Position numbers and translations under genes: made by a program. Shown here one piece after another: positions 59,245 through 64,000 of a DNA stretch of 64,000 nucleotides. Source of the DNA: an uncultured Bacilli bacterium (lineage in GTDB: Bacteria; Bacillota_I; Bacilli_A; RF39; UBA660); assembly GCA_947626275.1 (NCBI GenBank), contig CANQRL010000005.1, positions 18,992 through 82,991 of the forward strand, given 5' to 3'. A model generated the notes under the pieces. The model saw only the letters and a list, made by a program, of their open reading frames with translations. It made no database searches and was not told where the DNA came from. Numbering within the stretch: the stretch's first letter is position 1; every line of letters begins with the position of its first letter.

Positions 59245-59916
59245 ATGAAACTATTCTTAAAAGGGTGTCTGATTGGAATTGGAAAAGTCTTGCCAGGAAT
59301 TAGTGGAAGTATTTTAGCGATTCGATTGGGGGTTTACGAAAAAGTCGTAGAATCTATTACCCAATTTCGAAAACAAATGAAAGATAACATGACGTATTTA
59401 GGAATTCTCGGAAGCGGTTTTGTTTTAGCGACTGTTTTAGGAAGTAAAGTGTTATTGGAAATTTTCCTTCGCTATGAGATTCTTTTAAAAGCACTCTTCT
59501 TTCTATTTATTCTAACGGGTCTCCCTTCTCTTATCAAAAAGAGCAATTCCTATAAAATTGCTCTCATTACTTTCTTATTGGGCAGTTTATTTTTCTTTTT
59601 ACCTTCTCAAGAAACCACTCATTTTTCTTTTTTTACCTATTTCGTGATGGGAGCAATCGAGGCATTATCTACGATTATTCCCGGTCTTAGTGGAACTGCC
59701 ATCTATTTATCTTTAGGATGGTATGAGGAGGTTTTAAGACTCTTTGGAGATTTGTTAACTTTTCCCATTGGAAAGTTAGTTCCCTTTAGTATTGGTTTGA
59801 TAGCGATGGCTTCTTTGCTTCTTCGTCTCATTCATTATTGCTTAACAAACTATTCCAAAGAGACATATAGTGCGATTACAGGATTTTTCCTTTCTAGTCT
59901 CTTTTTCATCTTTTAA
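59245..59916 (+). CDS. DUF368 family membrane protein
   Basis: Duplicated PG.SG motif. Confidence 0.85.
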   Translation: MKLFLKGCLIGIGKVLPGISGSILAIRLGVYEKVVESITQFRKQMKDNMTYLGILGSGFVLATVLGSKVLLEIFLRYEILLKALFFLFILTGLPSLIKKSNSYKIALITFLLGSLFFFLPSQETTHFSFFTYFVMGAIEALSTIIPGLSGTAIYLSLGWYEEVLRLFGDLLTFPIGKLVPFSIGLIAMASLLLRLIHYCLTNYSKETYSAITGFFLSSLFFIF

Positions 59917-59926
59917 AAAAAGAAGA

Positions 59927-60124
59927 TTACTTTTGATCTTCTTCTTTTTCCTTTTCTTTTTTTCGGTCACCGTTAATCCAAGCTAAAAAGACAATTCCAA
60001 TTAGGATGGTTCCAATTCCGGCAAATACGAAAGCGATATCATGTTGAAATAAAATTCCAATTATGATTGCTATTCCAATGAGTAAGATGCCGAGGAATAG
60101 ACCTTTTTTACATTTATCATTCAT
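59927..60124 (-). CDS. Small two-TM membrane protein
   Basis: AGGAG RBS; two hydrophobic helices. Confidence 0.65.
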   Translation of the reverse strand: MNDKCKKGLFLGILLIGIAIIIGILFQHDIAFVFAGIGTILIGIVFLAWINGDRKKEKEKEEDQK

Positions 60125-60144
60125 GATAAACCACTCCTAACAGA

Positions 60145-61035
60145 CTATTGGTTATTTTTCGTTTCCCCTTTTAGATTGAGATGGGCAGTATGTTTCGGTA
60201 CTCTTTTTTCGATAGGTAGGGTTTCTACCCATCTTTCACCATCCCATTTTTTTAAACAATTTGGACCATACCACTGTTTCAATATTTTTTCTATATTATT
60301 ATAGGAATAATACTTTCTTCCTTCAAATTCATAAAGTTTAAAAGGCAAAATATCCTTTTTTAAAAAGACTGGTTCATGTAGAAATTTCTCCCATGGAACA
60401 GAGATAGGTTGAGACATCAACGGACTATCCTCGTGCTTTCTAGCGTATCGGTTAGAGAACCAGCGAACAAATTTCTTTAGAAAGGTATGAGGAATATGTA
60501 GATTGTCTAGTAAAACTAAAAAAGGTACCGTAAGCTTAATAACGGTTCTAGCAACCTCATCTTTCCATTTTTTCTCCGCAATATTATCATAGATAACTAC
60601 ATCGACAAAAATGCCGTTTCCGGTTTTACACCGGTTTTTTAGTAACCAGTTTACCTCTTCGATGTACGTTCCTCTTTTGCGAATTTTCATTTGTGGACCA
60701 TTGATAACATTAAACCGTTTGTCATTCTCAAAACATTGGAAGTAATATTTCTTATCCAAGTCTTTTTCTAGAGCTTTTAAGAAACGATCCCAATCTTTTT
60801 TTAATACACAGATATCGATGTCATCATCCCAAGGAATAAATCCTTTGTAATTGACACATCCCAAAGCGGAACCAGCGATAAGACCATATTCAATCTTATT
60901 TTTCACACATATTCTATGAATTTCATCCATGATATCTAAAATCTCTAGTTGTAGTTCACGAACGGTAATGGTGCTTCCATCTTGATTGGTTTGAATGATA
61001 TAATTTTCCCTCTCTTGAATACAATCTTTTGCCAT
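60145..61035 (-). CDS. licD: LicD family nucleotidyltransferase-fold protein
   Basis: GSALG....GFIPWDDDIDI, GIFVDV. Confidence 0.85.
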   Translation of the reverse strand: MAKDCIQERENYIIQTNQDGSTITVRELQLEILDIMDEIHRICVKNKIEYGLIAGSALGCVNYKGFIPWDDDIDICVLKKDWDRFLKALEKDLDKKYYFQCFENDKRFNVINGPQMKIRKRGTYIEEVNWLLKNRCKTGNGIFVDVVIYDNIAEKKWKDEVARTVIKLTVPFLVLLDNLHIPHTFLKKFVRWFSNRYARKHEDSPLMSQPISVPWEKFLHEPVFLKKDILPFKLYEFEGRKYYSYNNIEKILKQWYGPNCLKKWDGERWVETLPIEKRVPKHTAHLNLKGETKNNQ

Positions 61036-61208
61036 AGAATTATCCTCTCTAATGTTCATTTTACTAGAAAATCATAAAATAATCAATAGCGATAACGGGT
61101 CAAAAAAGAACTATCGGTAAAATAGTTCATAGATTTTGAAAATTAGGTTTTTTATTCACACTCTTTTGGGGTAGGAGAATATGCTATAGCAGAAGGGGTG
61201 GATTATAT

Positions 61209-61640
61209 ATGTGTAACAATACAGATACAGAATCTTGTAGATGTATCGCTGAAATCTTAGCAATTATCAATGTTCTACAGCAAAATGCAACAACGGCAGA
61301 GACTTGTTTAGATACCTGTGATAGGGGATTTTTAGGTAGTGGAACGAATTCTTTAACTTGCAATACGAGACCCGTTATGTTATATCTATCAAACGGTGTA
61401 CCATTAAGTATGCCTACAACGAAAGATAATACGGTTTGTAGTGATGCAGGAGCTACTTGTTCTAACGTTTTCCGGGTAGAAAAGTTAGATGGCTGCTGCT
61501 GTACTTTACGTGTTTTAGCAGCTAATCCCGATACGACTAGCGAATTCCCATACGTATCAACAAATTCATTCTTTACCATGAACTTAAATTGTGTTTGTTG
61601 TCTAAGATGTCTTTCTGATACTTATGTAGAGTGTTTATAA
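61209..61640 (+). CDS. CotY/CotZ-family spore coat protein
   Basis: Cys-rich; NTRP.MLY, FRVEK..GCC..LRVL, T....T..L.C.C...CL. Confidence 0.8.
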   Translation: MCNNTDTESCRCIAEILAIINVLQQNATTAETCLDTCDRGFLGSGTNSLTCNTRPVMLYLSNGVPLSMPTTKDNTVCSDAGATCSNVFRVEKLDGCCCTLRVLAANPDTTSEFPYVSTNSFFTMNLNCVCCLRCLSDTYVECL

Positions 61641-61907
61641 TAACTCTAATTTGACAATATCAGAAATCGCAATAATCTCATTATCGAACGTAATGAGATT
61701 ATTTTCTGTTCGTCCAATAATTGTCTTTTCTATCGTTTTATCTTTTAACGTTAGTCTCACTTTTGTTCGATAGATTTGATTGGTTTTAAAGGTGTCAAAA
61801 AGAGATATCTCTTCGCCCCTTTCGCCCTTTCCATAAAAGAAAGCCTCATTGTTTTTAAGTGGCTTATTAATTTGAGTTCGAAAAACTTTTGGTAGATCTT
61901 TTTTCAT
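61635..61907 (-). CDS. Conserved hypothetical protein
   Basis: 90-aa ORF with AAGGA RBS. Confidence 0.6.
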   Translation of the reverse strand: MKKDLPKVFRTQINKPLKNNEAFFYGKGERGEEISLFDTFKTNQIYRTKVRLTLKDKTIEKTIIGRTENNLITFDNEIIAISDIVKLELL

Positions 61908-61963
61908 ATATCTTTCCTTTCACCATATTCTATGCGAAAACATATAATAAAATGAGGTGAAAT

Positions 61964-62407
61964 ATGTATAAAGTTTATCAAGTATCTAGTCAGGATACCT
62001 GGAGAGATATTGCTCGCCAATTTCATACTACTGAAGAGATTTTAAAAAATTTAAATGGAACAACTATGTTAATTCCTGGTTCGATGATTGTTGTCCCAAC
62101 CGTAGAGGAAGGGGAATTTTTTACGGTTTATACAGTCAAGAGAGGGGATAGCCTCTATGAAATTGCTAGAAAAAATAATACCACAGTAGACGTATTATTG
62201 AGTACGAATGGTCTTGAGAAGGACGATTATCTTTATCCAGGTCAAGAGCTTTTAATTCCTAAAGAGGGATTTCAAATGGTCATTACAAGGGAGAAAGATA
62301 CGTTAAGAGGGGTAGCGAATCGTTTGAATACTAGTGCACAAAATATATGGGAAACCAATGAAAACATCTATTTATTACCTGACCAATTATTAGTTGTCAA
62401 AAAATAG
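61964..62407 (+). CDS. Multi-LysM domain protein
   Basis: YTVKRGDSLYEIA...N, LYPGQELLIP; three LysM-like units; no signal peptide. Confidence 0.9.
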   Translation: MYKVYQVSSQDTWRDIARQFHTTEEILKNLNGTTMLIPGSMIVVPTVEEGEFFTVYTVKRGDSLYEIARKNNTTVDVLLSTNGLEKDDYLYPGQELLIPKEGFQMVITREKDTLRGVANRLNTSAQNIWETNENIYLLPDQLLVVKK

Positions 62408-62470
62408 GAAATTTTGGAAAAGAACTTTCCTTTTTTTGCGCACTAGGGTATAATCAAGATAGGTGATATC

Positions 62471-63481
62471 ATGGAAAATAATGGACAAATAATGGAAACA
62501 GGGCAGCCGGAAGAACGTACTCTTTACGATTATACGGGCTTGAGCATTTTAAAAATGTATGGAGAAGATCTAACGGCGAAAGAATATATTACCAACCCTG
62601 CTATTAAAAGGGAAGAAGAAATCGGTAAAATGACGATGATTCTTTTGACACCGGAAAAGTCAGCTCTTTTAGTCGGTAAAGCTGGTATTGGTAAAACCTC
62701 TATTGTTGAGGGACTTGCTTACCGCATTATTAATGGAACGGTGCCAGAACGATTAAAAGGTTATCGAGTAATTAAGGTTAATTCAGCTGCGCTAGTAGGA
62801 AAAGTTCAGTATCAAGGAAAAGAAGAGATGGTTATTTCTCTTTTAGTAGAGGAATTAAAACGAATGGATAAAATTATTCTTTTCATTGATGAAATCCATA
62901 CCCTTATTGGAAGCAAAGATGGGGGACCAATGGACCTTGCCAACATTTTAAAGCCTGCTATCGATAGAGGAATGGTAAAGATTATCGGTGCCACAACGGA
63001 TATTGAATACAATACCTATATCGTAAGAGATAGGGCATTTTTAAGACGTTTTGATAGAGTCGATGTCATCGAACAAGATATTCCAACAACGGTAGAAGTT
63101 TTAGTGCAAACGTTACCAAAAATTGAAAAACAAACGGGAATTAAGTTTAAATATAATGAGTATGTTACGCGTCTATTAGTAGAATCTATTGTGGAAGCAA
63201 CTAGTGAATTTAAGCGTGTCTATGGATTGGGAGCGATGTATCCAGATATCTCTTTTTCTGTTTTAACAGCGGCTTTCTCTCAAGCTTTATACCAAGATCG
63301 GCATGAAGTAACGTTAATAGATGTCTATAACGCGATTAAAAATAGTAAGCGAATATATCCTGACTCTCGTGTTAAAGAGTTAGAAGCATTTCGCGAGAAG
63401 TTTAAAGATATGGCAGCTGAAGAACAGGTAGAACTTCCTATTGTTACGGTTCAGGATTTGGATGATCCAGAACAATTCTAG
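62471..63481 (+). CDS. Stand-alone Clp/Hsp100 NBD1-type AAA+ ATPase
   Basis: GKAGIGKT, LFIDEIH, NILKP, GATT..EY, D.AF.RRF; no N-domain or NBD2. Confidence 0.85.
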   Translation: MENNGQIMETGQPEERTLYDYTGLSILKMYGEDLTAKEYITNPAIKREEEIGKMTMILLTPEKSALLVGKAGIGKTSIVEGLAYRIINGTVPERLKGYRVIKVNSAALVGKVQYQGKEEMVISLLVEELKRMDKIILFIDEIHTLIGSKDGGPMDLANILKPAIDRGMVKIIGATTDIEYNTYIVRDRAFLRRFDRVDVIEQDIPTTVEVLVQTLPKIEKQTGIKFKYNEYVTRLLVESIVEATSEFKRVYGLGAMYPDISFSVLTAAFSQALYQDRHEVTLIDVYNAIKNSKRIYPDSRVKELEAFREKFKDMAAEEQVELPIVTVQDLDDPEQF

Positions 63482-63534
63482 GAAACTTTTCAAAAAACAA
63501 GATTTATAGTATAATGATAATATGAGGTGAGAAT

Positions 63535-64000
63535 ATGAGAAAGGTTCCAGCAAAAAATTATGTCTTTTGTATTTTGTTAGTAGGAATAACAGTAGTTCTT
63601 ACCTACTACTTATGTAGTACTTTTAATCATCAACAAAGCAAGGTATATACTTCTACGATGTATCAATTTCTAACGGAAATCAAAGAGGATGATATCGAGG
63701 ATTACCTAGTAGAAAATGCGACGGTTGTCTTATATATTGGTGACAAAACAGATTCCACGTTAGAGGAGAAAGAAGAAGATTTAAAAAATTTCTTATCTTC
63801 TAAAAATCTTCAACAATACTTTGTCTATCTTGATGTTTCCGAGAATAAGGAAACGGGATTAAAAAACTTTCAGGAAAAGCATGAAATTTCCCTAAACTAT
63901 GATCAGTTGCCAATATTCATTGCGGTTATTGACGGTGAAATTAAGGAAATCTATGCAGATGCTGAGAGTACAAGTGACGTTGAGAAATTCTTGATTCGAA
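63535..64000 (+). CDS. Membrane-anchored hypothetical protein (3' partial)
   Basis: GAGGTGA RBS, N-terminal TM helix, open to the window end. Confidence 0.7.
   Translation, partial: MRKVPAKNYVFCILLVGITVVLTYYLCSTFNHQQSKVYTSTMYQFLTEIKEDDIEDYLVENATVVLYIGDKTDSTLEEKEEDLKNFLSSKNLQQYFVYLDVSENKETGLKNFQEKHEISLNYDQLPIFIAVIDGEIKEIYADAESTSDVEKFLIR

Noticed and set aside
61184-61579. 131-aa antisense ORF, representative of the many short ORFs nested opposite real genes
   Set aside because: Overlaps a well-supported gene on the other strand and has no RBS or motif.

Overview
A low-GC, gene-dense Firmicutes chromosomal segment in the standard genetic code (CGG and AGG fall at conserved Arg positions; TGA is used as a stop). 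Gene style suggests an uncultured, reduced-genome gut Bacilli lineage such as RF39; this is an inference. Housekeeping content includes mutY, a MoxR/DUF58/vWA/TPR operon, alr, a dGTPase, ppa, rbr, hsp20 with CIRCE, trxA, metK with a SAM-I riboswitch, nfnAB-like genes, def, an M29 aminopeptidase, cdaA-cdaR, licD, spore-related genes (cwlJ, cotY/Z, LysM, ydcC-like) and three tRNAs (Arg-CCG, Ala-TGC, Trp-CCA). Accessory content includes an IS30 element with repeated subterminal motifs and an AT-rich island next to tRNA-Trp (GmrSD-like nuclease with a coupled 53-aa ORF, DUF1810, a degenerate PolC-derived protein). The most notable candidates are: (1) an OmpR-family two-component locus with three identically positioned direct-repeat boxes, one driving an unannotated ~125-nt sRNA with an anti-Shine-Dalgarno loop; (2) scattered orphan toxin/effector-like enzymes (two tandem HipA-like kinases, ADP-ribosyltransferase-like proteins, a zincin), some sharing a K-x-Y-Q C-terminal tail; (3) a mitochondrial-type Tam41 homolog; (4) apparent pseudoenzymes (PPase, PolC); (5) an orphan attenuator-like RNA behind tRNA-Ala. 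All family calls come from motif recognition by eye, not database searches.
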